DNA of 32,000 bases from Candidatus Pelagibacter ubique HTCC1062 (GTDB lineage: Bacteria > Pseudomonadota > Alphaproteobacteria > Pelagibacterales > Pelagibacteraceae), in the NCBI RefSeq assembly GCF_000012345.1, contig NC_007205.1, positions 1 through 32,000 on the forward strand, in the 5' to 3' direction. Both the position numbers and the translations under genes were made by a program. The notes beneath the pieces are model-generated. The model saw nothing but the letters and a program-made list of their open reading frames with translations, was not told the DNA's origin and did not search any database. Numbering within the stretch: position 1 is the stretch's first letter; each line of letters opens with the position of its first letter. Of the stretch, positions 1 through 10,256 are shown one piece after another.

Positions 1-410
1 TCATCTGTTAAATTTCTTGCATAAGTTACACTTTCTTTTATTGCATCCAAAACTTGTTCTGGAGTTTTATTTAATTTGTGTTTCATGTGTAATGGACTTG
101 TGGAAATAAAAGTATGAATTCTAAATCTTGGGGAAGCTTTTAATGCTTCATGACATGCATCTATATCCTTTTTGCTAGCTCTTGATAATCCACATGGAAT
201 AGAATTTTTTAGAATTTTACTTATTGCAGTTACAGCCTCAAAGTCACCAGGGGATGCAATTGGAAAACCAGCTTCAATTACATCTATGCCTAATTCATCA
301 AAAATTCTAGCAATTTGAATTTTTTCTTCAAGACTCATTGATGCACCAGGTGACTGCTCACCATCTCGCATCGTAGTATCAAATATAAAAATTTTATCTT
401 TGTCGCTCAT
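1..410 (-). CDS. leuA: 2-isopropylmalate synthase, N-terminal part (ORF runs off the left edge of the window)
   Basis: Reverse-strand translation from the ATG at 410..408 reads MSDKDKIFIFDTTMRDGEQSPGASMSLEEKIQIARIFDELGIDVIEAGFPIASPGDFEAV... This is the DTTxRDGEQ HMGL-like TIM-barrel N-terminus typical of LeuA. There is no stop before position 1. It is missing from the ORF track because it is truncated. It lies next to ilvBHC. Confidence 0.75.
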   Translation of the reverse strand, partial: MSDKDKIFIFDTTMRDGEQSPGASMSLEEKIQIARIFDELGIDVIEAGFPIASPGDFEAVTAISKILKNSIPCGLSRASKKDIDACHEALKASPRFRIHTFISTSPLHMKHKLNKTPEQVLDAIKESVTYARNLTD

Positions 411-432
411 AACCAATAATTTTAGAAAATCT

Positions 433-460
433 ATAATACAATCTATAATAGAGATTGCAA
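433..460 (-). promoter_or_regulatory. Candidate sigma70-type promoter for leuA (TTGCAA, 16 nt, TATTAT on the minus strand)
   Basis: On the minus strand, TTGCAA (460..455) is followed by a 16-nt spacer and TATTAT (438..433), about 22 nt upstream of the leuA ATG. The -10 element is part of a tandem TATTATAGATT repeat. Such hexamers arise easily by chance in AT-rich DNA. Confidence 0.3.
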
Positions 461-515
461 AATAAATGTTGTATTTTGGTTATAATTTATGATCGATTGA
501 GGTTTTTAGTAAAAA

Positions 516-2104
<1,589 letters not shown>

Positions 2105-3871
2105 TTAAACTAATGCTTTTCCTTTTCCTGTAATTTTATTTGCGTCTTGATCCTTTGGGCCTAAAAGCATTTGGTTGTGAGGTTTTCCAGATGGGATCAT
2201 TGGAAAACAATTCTCTCCTTGATCTACAAGACAGTCAAAAATAACAGGTCTATCTGTGTTAATCATTTCTTCAATTTTTTCATCCAATTCACTTGGATCT
2301 TTTGCTCTAATACCAACACATCCATAAGCTTCTGCTAATTTAACAAAATCTGGTAGAGCTTTTGAATAACTTTCAGAATAATTTTTTTCGTGTAGTAGCT
2401 CCTGCCACTGTCTAACCATTCCCATATATTGGTTATTTAAAATAAATATCTTTATTGGCAAATTATACTGAACTGCTGTTGATATCTCCTGCATATTCAT
2501 AAGAATTGAGGCTTCACCTGCTATATCTACCACTAGTTTTTTTGGATGAGCTACCTGAACACCAATAGCTGCTGGTAATCCATAACCCATAGTTCCAAGA
2601 CCCCCAGATGTCATCCATCTATTAGGTTTATCAAATTTATAATGCTGTGCTGCCCACATTTGATGCTGTCCGACTTCAGTTGTAATATAAGTGTCACTGT
2701 TTTTTGTTAATTCGTACAATCGTTGAACTGCATACTGAGGTTTAATAATTGTATCGCTGTTCACAAAACTTAAAGATTGTTTAGTCCGCCATTTTTCAAT
2801 TTGTAACCACCAGTTTGAAATTTTTTGTTTATTAGATTTTTCTAGATTTAATTTTTTCTTTTTTAATGTTTTAGTCGTTGAACTGATTACATCCGATACA
2901 TCACCAACTATTGATAAATCAACTTTAACTATCTTATTGATTGAGGATGGATCTATATCAATGTGAACCTTTTTTGATTTCGGAGAGAATTCATCTATTT
3001 TTCCTGTGATCCTATCATCAAACCTTGCACCAATATTAATTAATAAGTCACAGTCATGCATTGCATTATTAGCTTCATAAGTTCCGTGCATTCCAAGCAT
3101 TCCTAAAAATTGATTATCATTTCCAGGATAAGCACCTAGGCCTTGTAAAGTTGAGGTTATAGGAAACCCTGTTAAAGAAACTAGTTCTCTTAACAATTCG
3201 CTTGCTTTGGGTCCTGAGTTAATTACTCCACCACCAGTATAAAATATTGGTTTTTTAGACTTACTCATTAATTCAATAAGTTGATCTATGTTTTTTTGAT
3301 TAAATCTATTTAAATTTTTAGTAACAACTTTTTTATCTTTATTTGGTTTTGAGTATTTTGTTTTTGCAAATTGAATATCTTTTGGAATATCAACTAATAC
3401 TGGTCCTGGTCTTCCTGTTGTTGCAACCTCAAAGGCTTCATGCATAATTCTTGGTAAATCATTTATATCTTTAACTAACCAGTTATGTTTTGTGCAAGGT
3501 CTTGTAATTCCTGTAGTATCACATTCTTGAAAAGCATCTGTTCCAATTAAGTGTGTGGGTACTTGTCCTGAAATACAAACTAGAGGAACTGAGTCCATAT
3601 ACGCGTCGGTTAATGCAGTTACAACGTTTGTTGCACCTGGTCCTGAAGTAACCAATACAACACCTGGTTTTCCAGTTGATCTTGCATAACCTTCTGCAGC
3701 ATGACCTGCTCCTTGTTCATGCCTAACTAAAATATGTTTTATAGTTGGATGATTTTTTAGTTCATCATAGATAGGAAGAACTGCTCCACCTGGATATCCA
3801 AAAATATGTTCAACTTTTTGGTCTTCAAGACACTTGAATACTATCTCTGCTCCTGAATATAATTTTGGCAT
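2105..3871 (-). CDS. ilvB: Acetolactate synthase large (catalytic) subunit, ThDP-dependent
   Basis: 588 aa. The N-terminus is SGAEIVFKCLEDQKVEHIFGYPGGAVLPIYD and the ThDP-binding motif is GLGTMGYGLPAAIGV...ILNNQYMGMVRQWQ. It is followed by the small subunit gene. Confidence 0.95.
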   Translation of the reverse strand: MPKLYSGAEIVFKCLEDQKVEHIFGYPGGAVLPIYDELKNHPTIKHILVRHEQGAGHAAEGYARSTGKPGVVLVTSGPGATNVVTALTDAYMDSVPLVCISGQVPTHLIGTDAFQECDTTGITRPCTKHNWLVKDINDLPRIMHEAFEVATTGRPGPVLVDIPKDIQFAKTKYSKPNKDKKVVTKNLNRFNQKNIDQLIELMSKSKKPIFYTGGGVINSGPKASELLRELVSLTGFPITSTLQGLGAYPGNDNQFLGMLGMHGTYEANNAMHDCDLLINIGARFDDRITGKIDEFSPKSKKVHIDIDPSSINKIVKVDLSIVGDVSDVISSTTKTLKKKKLNLEKSNKQKISNWWLQIEKWRTKQSLSFVNSDTIIKPQYAVQRLYELTKNSDTYITTEVGQHQMWAAQHYKFDKPNRWMTSGGLGTMGYGLPAAIGVQVAHPKKLVVDIAGEASILMNMQEISTAVQYNLPIKIFILNNQYMGMVRQWQELLHEKNYSESYSKALPDFVKLAEAYGCVGIRAKDPSELDEKIEEMINTDRPVIFDCLVDQGENCFPMIPSGKPHNQMLLGPKDQDANKITGKGKALV

Positions 3872-3890
3872 CCAGGCAATCTATCGGACT

Positions 3891-4832
3891 TTATGTTAAT
3901 TGGTCAAGTTTAAGAGAAGATTTTTTTAATTTTTTTATATAACCATCTAATTTGATTGGATCAACTTTAATCCACGATGTCATCCTAGTTCTTGCCCAAG
4001 TCGCTTGTCTTTTAGCGTATTGTCTTGTTTTAATTGATATTAACTCTTCTGCTTCATCCAAGGTAATTTCATCATTTAGATACTGTGTCAATTCGGCAAT
4101 CCCAATTACCTTGTTTACACTCTGATCTTTTTTAATTTTTAGTTTAAGAAATTTTTTAACTTCAGAAATGGCTCCATTATTTAGCATGCTAGAAGTTCTT
4201 AAATTAATTTTTTCAACAAGCTTTTCTCTTTTTGTATCAATATGTAGTTTTAAAAAGTCACTATCATTAAATTCAGATTTAGTCTTAGCTAACCAATCAT
4301 ACATAGATATATTTGTATAAGATTTAATCTCATAAGCTCTTATGGATCTTTGAGTATCATTTGGATCAAATTTGTCTTTGATTTTAGGATCAAGTTTTAA
4401 AAGTTTTTTATAAAATTTTTTTTGTCCTTCTTTTTTAGACATTAGTCTAACTTTATTTCTAAACTTAAGAGGTATCTCTGGAATTTTAACTAGTCCATTG
4501 ATTAATGATTGAAAATATAGACCTGTTCCACCAACTAAAATTGGAATTTTTTTCTTTTTTTGAATATTTTCAATTTTTTTAATTGTTAGTTCTAACCATT
4601 GTCCAGTTGAAAATTTTTCATTTAAATCAACAAATCCATATAAATGATGTTTAATATTTTTTTGTTCTTGCTTGTTGGGTCTTGCAGTTAATATTTTTAA
4701 TTTTTTGTAAACCTGCATACTGTCGGCATTGATGATTTCTCCTTCAATTTTTTTTGCAATCTTAACAGCAAAATTTGATTTACCTGATGCAGTCGGTCCT
4801 GAAATTAAGATAATTTTGGACTGCTTGTCCAT
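3891..4832 (-). CDS. miaA: tRNA dimethylallyltransferase (tRNA i6A37)
   Basis: 313 aa. The P-loop is ISGPTASGKS, followed by INADSMQVYK and GGTGLY, which are characteristic MiaA motifs. Confidence 0.9.
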   Translation of the reverse strand: MDKQSKIILISGPTASGKSNFAVKIAKKIEGEIINADSMQVYKKLKILTARPNKQEQKNIKHHLYGFVDLNEKFSTGQWLELTIKKIENIQKKKKIPILVGGTGLYFQSLINGLVKIPEIPLKFRNKVRLMSKKEGQKKFYKKLLKLDPKIKDKFDPNDTQRSIRAYEIKSYTNISMYDWLAKTKSEFNDSDFLKLHIDTKREKLVEKINLRTSSMLNNGAISEVKKFLKLKIKKDQSVNKVIGIAELTQYLNDEITLDEAEELISIKTRQYAKRQATWARTRMTSWIKVDPIKLDGYIKKLKKSSLKLDQLT

Positions 4833-4834
4833 TA

Positions 4835-6247
4835 TTAATCTAGCTTAACACCAATATATCTTCTTTGGTTTTGATTATTGTAAATTACAATCAAAATAGT
4901 TTTTTGATTAGATTTTAAAACAGTGCCTACAATATCTTCAAGATCTTTAGTAGATTTTATTTTTTTCTTTTGAGCTTCAACAATAACATCTCCAACATTT
5001 AAGTAATCTATTGGGCTATTTTTTCCAATATTTGTTATAACTAAACCTGTTGTTTGATTGGGTAATTTTCTTTGCTCAATATCTTCATCATTCAATGGTC
5101 TTACAATTATTTTTAAAGATTTAATTTCAGAAATTTCAGGTGTTTCTTCTTTAGTTTCTTTTTTTTCTACTTTAAAATCCTCTGAAGTTTCAAGTCTTCC
5201 TAGTTTAATTTTTTTTGTAATCTCTCTTTTATTTCTCCAGATTTTAACATCTACAGTTTTACCAACTTCTGTTTGTGCAACAATTATTGGTAATTCTTTC
5301 ATCTCTTTAATCTTAGTGTTATTAAACTCTAATATAATGTCTCCTGCTTTAATTCCTGCTTTGTCAGATGGGCTATTTTCTGCAACACTAGCAACTAATG
5401 CTCCTCTAGGTTCATCTAATTTTTCAACTTCAGCAATTTCTTCAGAAACTACCTGAATTCTAACACCCAGCCATCCTCTTTTAGTTTCACCAAATTCTAT
5501 CAATTGATTTACAACTCTTTTTGCATCGTTCGATGGTATTGAAAAACCTATCCCAATAGAGCCACCTTTACCCAAAATTGCTGTGTTAATTCCAATTACA
5601 TCACCATTCATATCAAATAAAGGTCCGCCTGAGTTTCCTGAGTTTATTGATGCATCAGTTTGAATGTAATCTTCATAACGAGACAGTCCGATTGATCTAT
5701 TTCTTGCTGATATTATTCCTGCAGTAACCGTTCCTCCTAAGCCAAAGGGATTGCCGATTGCGATAACCCAATCACCAATTCTTGCTTGATCAGAATTTCC
5801 AAATTTAACTGGTATAAATTTTTCTTTTGAATCTATTTGAAGGACTGCAATATCAGATAAGGGATCAGCACCAACAACCGTCGCTTTATATTCTTTATCA
5901 CCATCAACTCGAACTAAAATATCTTCTGCATTTTGAATAACATGATTGTTAGTGATTACAATTCCACTCTCTTCTATTATAAATCCTGAACCAAGTGCAG
6001 CAGACTTCCTTGTTTGAGGTGTTCCAAATTCTTTGAACATATCTTCAAAAGGTGATCCTGGGGGAAACTGAAAACCAGGAAATGGATTAGAATTTGTAGT
6101 AACTGTTGTCGTTGTAGAAATGTTTACAACAGATGGCATTAATTTTTCTGCCAGATCCGCAAATGAAGCTGGTGCGTCTTTTGCAAACCCTTGTGATGCA
6201 AAACTTATTGCAAAAAATATAATAAATAATTTTTTAATTCTGTTCAT
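4835..6247 (-). CDS. degP: Periplasmic serine endoprotease, HtrA/DegP family (trypsin domain plus two PDZ domains)
   Basis: 470 aa. It has an N-terminal signal peptide (FFAISFASQGFA). The catalytic triad contexts are TNNHV, DIAVL and GNSGGPL. The C-terminal half is PDZ-like. Confidence 0.9.
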   Translation of the reverse strand: MNRIKKLFIIFFAISFASQGFAKDAPASFADLAEKLMPSVVNISTTTTVTTNSNPFPGFQFPPGSPFEDMFKEFGTPQTRKSAALGSGFIIEESGIVITNNHVIQNAEDILVRVDGDKEYKATVVGADPLSDIAVLQIDSKEKFIPVKFGNSDQARIGDWVIAIGNPFGLGGTVTAGIISARNRSIGLSRYEDYIQTDASINSGNSGGPLFDMNGDVIGINTAILGKGGSIGIGFSIPSNDAKRVVNQLIEFGETKRGWLGVRIQVVSEEIAEVEKLDEPRGALVASVAENSPSDKAGIKAGDIILEFNNTKIKEMKELPIIVAQTEVGKTVDVKIWRNKREITKKIKLGRLETSEDFKVEKKETKEETPEISEIKSLKIIVRPLNDEDIEQRKLPNQTTGLVITNIGKNSPIDYLNVGDVIVEAQKKKIKSTKDLEDIVGTVLKSNQKTILIVIYNNQNQRRYIGVKLD

Positions 6248-6248
6248 T

Positions 6249-6434
6249 TTAACTTTTTATATACCAAATAATTATAAAACCTATAACTGCAAAAATTAAC
6301 CCACCACTTCTTAATTGTGAATCTTTTATCATCTCCATTTTTTTTAACATACTTTTCATTTTTGATGGAAATAAGGCATATAAAATTCCTTCTATAAAAA
6401 GAAAAAGTCCAAAAGCTATAATTAGCTCTTTCAT
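6249..6434 (-). CDS. Small two-helix membrane protein, DUF2065/YjeT-like
   Basis: 61 aa with two hydrophobic helices (IIAFGLFLFIEGILYALF and GGLIFAVIGFIIIWYI). It lies immediately downstream of hflC, the conserved position of E. coli yjeT. Confidence 0.65.
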   Translation of the reverse strand: MKELIIAFGLFLFIEGILYALFPSKMKSMLKKMEMIKDSQLRSGGLIFAVIGFIIIWYIKS

Positions 6435-6443
6435 TATTTTAGA

Positions 6444-7310
6444 TTAATTTTTAGGTTTTATGTTACCAAAAAATTTAAAGAATTCACTGTCAGGTGATAA
6501 AATTAAAGATGTCTGTCCACCAATTAAAGCAGTTTCATAGGCTTGCATCGCTCTGTAGAAAGCAAAAAATTCTGCATCTCTTCCAAAGGCTTCTGCAAAG
6601 ATCTTATTTCTTTCACCATCACCTTGACCCTTCATGATTTCAGATTCTTTATTAGCATTTGCTAAAATTACAGAAACATCTTTGTCTGCAGTTGAAGTAA
6701 TTGTAACCGCCATCTCTGCACCTCTTGCTCTAAATTCTTTTGCTTCTCTTTCCCTTTCAGTCTGCATTCTTCTATAAATTGCATCACTGTTTGCTTGTGG
6801 AAGGTCCGCTCTTTTAATTCTAACATCTACTATTTTAATTCCAAAACTTTCAGCTTCAGTATTTACACCTTCTTGTATTAAAGCCATTTGTTTAGTTCTG
6901 TCTTTTGAAAGTAAAGTTTGTAATTCTTGCTGACCTAGTACATTTCTCAGTCTTGAGTTAATAATTGTTGCTAGTCTTGATCTTGCAACTCTTTCATTGC
7001 CAACTGAAATATAAAATTTTAAAGGGTCTACAATTCTAAATCTTGCAAATGCATCAACAATTAAACGTTTTTGATCTGATGCAATAACTTCTTCTGGTGG
7101 TGTATCTAAATTTAAAATTCTTGTATCTAGAAAAACTACGTTTTGAATAAAAGGAATTTTAAAATTTAAACCTGGTTTTGTAATAATTCTTTTAGGATCA
7201 CCAAATTGAAGAACAATCGCTTGGTTTGTCTCTTTAACTATAAACATAGATAGAAACGCTAACGCTCCTACTGCAATAATTATTGGTAATAAAATTTTTT
7301 GTACTTTCAT
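6444..7310 (-). CDS. hflC: Protease modulator HflC (SPFH/band-7)
   Basis: 288 aa with an N-terminal TM helix followed by an SPFH domain. Its start shares one nucleotide with the hflK stop (TAATG at 7312..7308). Confidence 0.9.
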   Translation of the reverse strand: MKVQKILLPIIIAVGALAFLSMFIVKETNQAIVLQFGDPKRIITKPGLNFKIPFIQNVVFLDTRILNLDTPPEEVIASDQKRLIVDAFARFRIVDPLKFYISVGNERVARSRLATIINSRLRNVLGQQELQTLLSKDRTKQMALIQEGVNTEAESFGIKIVDVRIKRADLPQANSDAIYRRMQTEREREAKEFRARGAEMAVTITSTADKDVSVILANANKESEIMKGQGDGERNKIFAEAFGRDAEFFAFYRAMQAYETALIGGQTSLILSPDSEFFKFFGNIKPKN

Positions 7311-8410
7311 TAGTTACTTGCCTTTTTTTTACCTAGCTCTGGTAATGGTAAATACGGCACCACACCTGAACCTGCATTTTTTTCTATAATTACTTTATCA
7401 ATATCAGCTAAAACTTTTTCCATAGTCTCTAAGTACATTCTTTCTTGAGTAACTTCTTTTGCTTTTGCATACTCTTCATAGATAGATACGAATCTGCTAG
7501 CTTCACCTTCTGCTTGAGCAACCACTTGTTGTTTATAAGCTTCAGCTGCTTGCATAATTTTTGCAGCTTCTCCTCTAGCTCTTGGGATCACGTCGTTTGC
7601 ATAAGCCTCGGCTTCATTTTTTGATCTTTCCATATCCGCCCTTGCAGCTTGCACGTCTCTAAAAGAATCAATTACCTGATTAGGTGGGTCTGCTTTTTGC
7701 GTTTGTACTTGAGTTACCTGAATACCACTATTGTATTCATCTAATATCTTTTGAATAATTTCTTGTGTTTCAATTTCAATTTTAGCTCTTCCTTCAGTTA
7801 AAATTGATTGAATATTACTTTTAGCAACAACTTCTCTCATTGCAGTTTCTGCAGCAGCTTTCACAGTGCTTTCTGGGTCTTGGACCTCAAATAAGAATTT
7901 TCCTGCATCCTTAATTATCCAGAATACTGAAAAATCGATATTAACAATATTTTCATCCCCTGTTAACATTAAACTTTCTTGAGGGATATCTGCCACTCCT
8001 CCACCTTGTGAAAAACCACTTTCTCTTTCAGATCTAAAACCAATATCCATTCTATTAACTTTTGTAACTTTTGGTGTTTCAACAGCCTCTACTGGAAAAG
8101 GAATATGATAATTTAATCCTGGTTGTGTAGTTTTAATAAATTTACCAAATCTAAGAACAACACCTTGTTCATCTGGAAGTACTCTATATAGACCACTTGC
8201 TAACCATACGAAGGCTAAAATAATTAGAACTAATATAATTGGTTTTCCTCCTGATGAGCTTCCACCAGGTAAAAATTTATTTATTTTACTTTGAATATCT
8301 CTAATAATTGCATCTACATCAGGTGGTGTAGGTCCTTTTCCCGAACCATTTCCTCCTCCTGGAGGTGTTCCCCATGGGCTTCCACCTCTACCTTGAAAAT
8401 CGTCTGACAT
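7310..8410 (-). CDS. hflK: Protease modulator HflK (SPFH/band-7)
   Basis: 366 aa. The Gly/Pro-rich N-terminus (GGSPWGTPPGGGNGSGKGPTPPDVDAIIRDI) is typical of HflK. A TM helix, an SPFH domain and a coiled C-terminus follow. Confidence 0.9.
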   Translation of the reverse strand: MSDDFQGRGGSPWGTPPGGGNGSGKGPTPPDVDAIIRDIQSKINKFLPGGSSSGGKPIILVLIILAFVWLASGLYRVLPDEQGVVLRFGKFIKTTQPGLNYHIPFPVEAVETPKVTKVNRMDIGFRSERESGFSQGGGVADIPQESLMLTGDENIVNIDFSVFWIIKDAGKFLFEVQDPESTVKAAAETAMREVVAKSNIQSILTEGRAKIEIETQEIIQKILDEYNSGIQVTQVQTQKADPPNQVIDSFRDVQAARADMERSKNEAEAYANDVIPRARGEAAKIMQAAEAYKQQVVAQAEGEASRFVSIYEEYAKAKEVTQERMYLETMEKVLADIDKVIIEKNAGSGVVPYLPLPELGKKKASN

Positions 8411-9286
8411 ATGGCAAAGTATATAATGTCTTTCTCACAAAAAACAAGTAATGATAAAAATATGACAGATAAAAAGCCAGAACTAAGTGACGCAATGAAG
8501 AAAAAATTGGAGCCTAGAAAGTTCACTAAAAATCCTATTTTGGGAACAAAATTTACAATAGCTGTTTCAAGTGCAAAAGGAGGGGTTGGAAAATCAACCT
8601 TTGCAACTAACCTTGCTTTAGCTTTAAAACAAATTGGCTGCAAAGTAGGTTTACTTGATGCTGATATTTATGGTCCTTCAATTCCAAAGATGTTTGATAT
8701 TAATGAAAAACCAAAAAGTGATGGTCAAACCTTAACGCCAATTACAAAATATGACATTCAATGTATGTCCATTGGTTTTCTCGCAGACCAACAAACTCCA
8801 ATGATTTGGCGTGGACCTATGGTTACTAGCGCAATCAAAACTTTCACACAAAAAGTTGGATGGAAAGATTTAGATTTTATCATTGTTGATATGCCTCCAG
8901 GGACTGGTGACACTCAATTAACTTTTTCTCAAGAAATTAAAATGGATGGAGCAATCATTGTTTCAACTCCTCAAGAAGTAGCTCTTCTTGATGTTAAAAG
9001 GGGTATCAAGATGTTTGATAAACTTGGAGTTAAAATTTTAGGTTTAGTTGATAACATGAGCTATTTCACTGGTGATGATGGTAAAAAATATAAAATATTT
9101 GGTGAAGGTGGGGTTAAGCGAACTGCGGAAGAATTTGAAAAAGAATTTTTAGGAGAAATTCCAATAAATCCTGAGGTTGGAAAATGTGGAGATGAAGGAA
9201 AGCCAATTGTTGAGGCTAATCCTGAACACGAAATTTCTAAAATATATTTAGACTTTGCTAGAAAAATTAAATCAACTTATCTTTAA
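8411..9286 (+). CDS. mrp: Mrp/ApbC/NBP35-family P-loop ATPase. The true start is possibly downstream, at Met18 (8462) or Met29 (8495).
   Basis: 291 aa. The deviant Walker A is [14 protein letters not shown], followed by [25 protein letters not shown] and DNMSYF...IFGEGG. It is colinear with E. coli Mrp/ApbC as I recall that sequence. The longest-ORF ATG abuts the hflK ATG with zero spacer, so the start is uncertain. Confidence 0.85.
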   Translation: MAKYIMSFSQKTSNDKNMTDKKPELSDAMKKKLEPRKFTKNPILGTKFTIAVSSAKGGVGKSTFATNLALALKQIGCKVGLLDADIYGPSIPKMFDINEKPKSDGQTLTPITKYDIQCMSIGFLADQQTPMIWRGPMVTSAIKTFTQKVGWKDLDFIIVDMPPGTGDTQLTFSQEIKMDGAIIVSTPQEVALLDVKRGIKMFDKLGVKILGLVDNMSYFTGDDGKKYKIFGEGGVKRTAEEFEKEFLGEIPINPEVGKCGDEGKPIVEANPEHEISKIYLDFARKIKSTYL

Positions 9287-10214
9287 GATCAAAAGAAACC
9301 ATAAGTTCATTCCATTCTCTTTTGGATAAGCCTGAACTATCTGGATTAACATCCTCACCTTTAATAAGTTTTTGAATGATAATTTTTCCTTTAGCTGAAA
9401 CTTCTGTGCCCCCTACTCTATAATCCATGAACGCATCATAAGTTATAGGTACCCATTTCTTAACAGTATCTAACATGATGTCAGCATAAACTCTTATTTC
9501 ATACTGAGCATGACTATCAGCTCTTAATCTTAAAAAATTCATTAAGTTTAATAAATCAGTTTTCCAATACCACTGGGTATAAGTGTTTAAAGTTAAATTC
9601 ATTCTTGCAAGTTCTCTTGCTAACCCTTTTTTATTTTCATCAATCGTTGATCCATCAAATCTTTGATTGAGCATCATCTCATAGTTGTCATAAGTTTGTT
9701 CAGCATCATTTTTTAAAAGTTCTAAAACTTCTTTTGCTTGTTCACCTTCAATAACATCACCTCTACCTTGTCTGTTGCTTGAAGATTGAGCTGCTAAATT
9801 TTCTGCAGATGGCAAATAAAATTCTTTATCTAAAATTGAATACCTAGCTGAGTACTCATTAACATTTGCTGTTCTATGTCTTATCCATTGACGAGCAATA
9901 AAAATTGGAAGCTTCACATGATATTTGATTTCACACATTTCAAATGGAGTGCTGTGCCAATGTCTCATTAAATATTTAATTAAACCTGCATCTGTTGAAA
10001 CTTGTTTGGTTCCTTTTCCATACGAAACTCTAGCTGACTGAACAATTGAAGTGTCATCTCCCATGTAATCAATAACTCTTACAAAACCATGGTCTAATGC
10101 TGGCATTGCCTCATACAGAATATTTTCAAGCGCTGGGGCAGTAACCCTTTTCGTTTGATTTTGCTGACCTTGTTGATCTTTGATCTCTTGTGATTGTTCT
10201 TTAGTTAATTTCAT
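9267..10214 (-). CDS. thyX: Flavin-dependent thymidylate synthase
   Basis: The ThyX signature [15 protein letters not shown] (RHR-X7-S) is present, along with [16 protein letters not shown] place the start at Met42 of the tracked ORF (ATG 10214..10212). The upstream 41 codons ([11 protein letters not shown]...) are the antisense of the tmRNA gene. Confidence 0.9.
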   Translation of the reverse strand: MKLTKEQSQEIKDQQGQQNQTKRVTAPALENILYEAMPALDHGFVRVIDYMGDDTSIVQSARVSYGKGTKQVSTDAGLIKYLMRHWHSTPFEMCEIKYHVKLPIFIARQWIRHRTANVNEYSARYSILDKEFYLPSAENLAAQSSSNRQGRGDVIEGEQAKEVLELLKNDAEQTYDNYEMMLNQRFDGSTIDENKKGLARELARMNLTLNTYTQWYWKTDLLNLMNFLRLRADSHAQYEIRVYADIMLDTVKKWVPITYDAFMDYRVGGTEVSAKGKIIIQKLIKGEDVNPDSSGLSKREWNELMVSFDLKDKLI

Positions 10215-10222
10215 GATTTTTA

Positions 10223-10250
10223 TTGAATCTCTCTCAAATGCTTTTATAGT
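10223..10250 (+). promoter_or_regulatory. Candidate sigma70-type promoter for ssrA (TTGAAT, 16 nt, TATAGT)
   Basis: TTGAAT at 10223..10228, a 16-nt spacer, then TATAGT at 10245..10250. The predicted transcription start near 10257 coincides with the first structured element (hairpin GTTGG-CTTG-CCAAC, 10257..10270) upstream of the tmRNA acceptor piece. Confidence 0.4.
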
Positions 10251-10256
10251 AATAGT

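Noticed and set aside
5058-5456. 132-aa plus-strand ORF antisense to degP
   Set aside because: It is a shadow ORF inside the PDZ region of HtrA/DegP. The translation is low-complexity and S/L-rich, with no start context.
8330-8400. A locally G+C-rich stretch at the hflK 5' end as a possible second structured RNA
   Set aside because: It is explained by the Gly/Pro-rich HflK N-terminus (GGSPWGTPPGGGNGSGKGPTPP). It is in frame and typical of HflK proteins.
8314-8643. 109-aa minus-strand ORF spanning the hflK/mrp junction
   Set aside because: It overlaps the conserved hflK N-terminus in another frame and the antisense of the mrp Walker A region. It has no recognisable motifs and is a typical shadow ORF.
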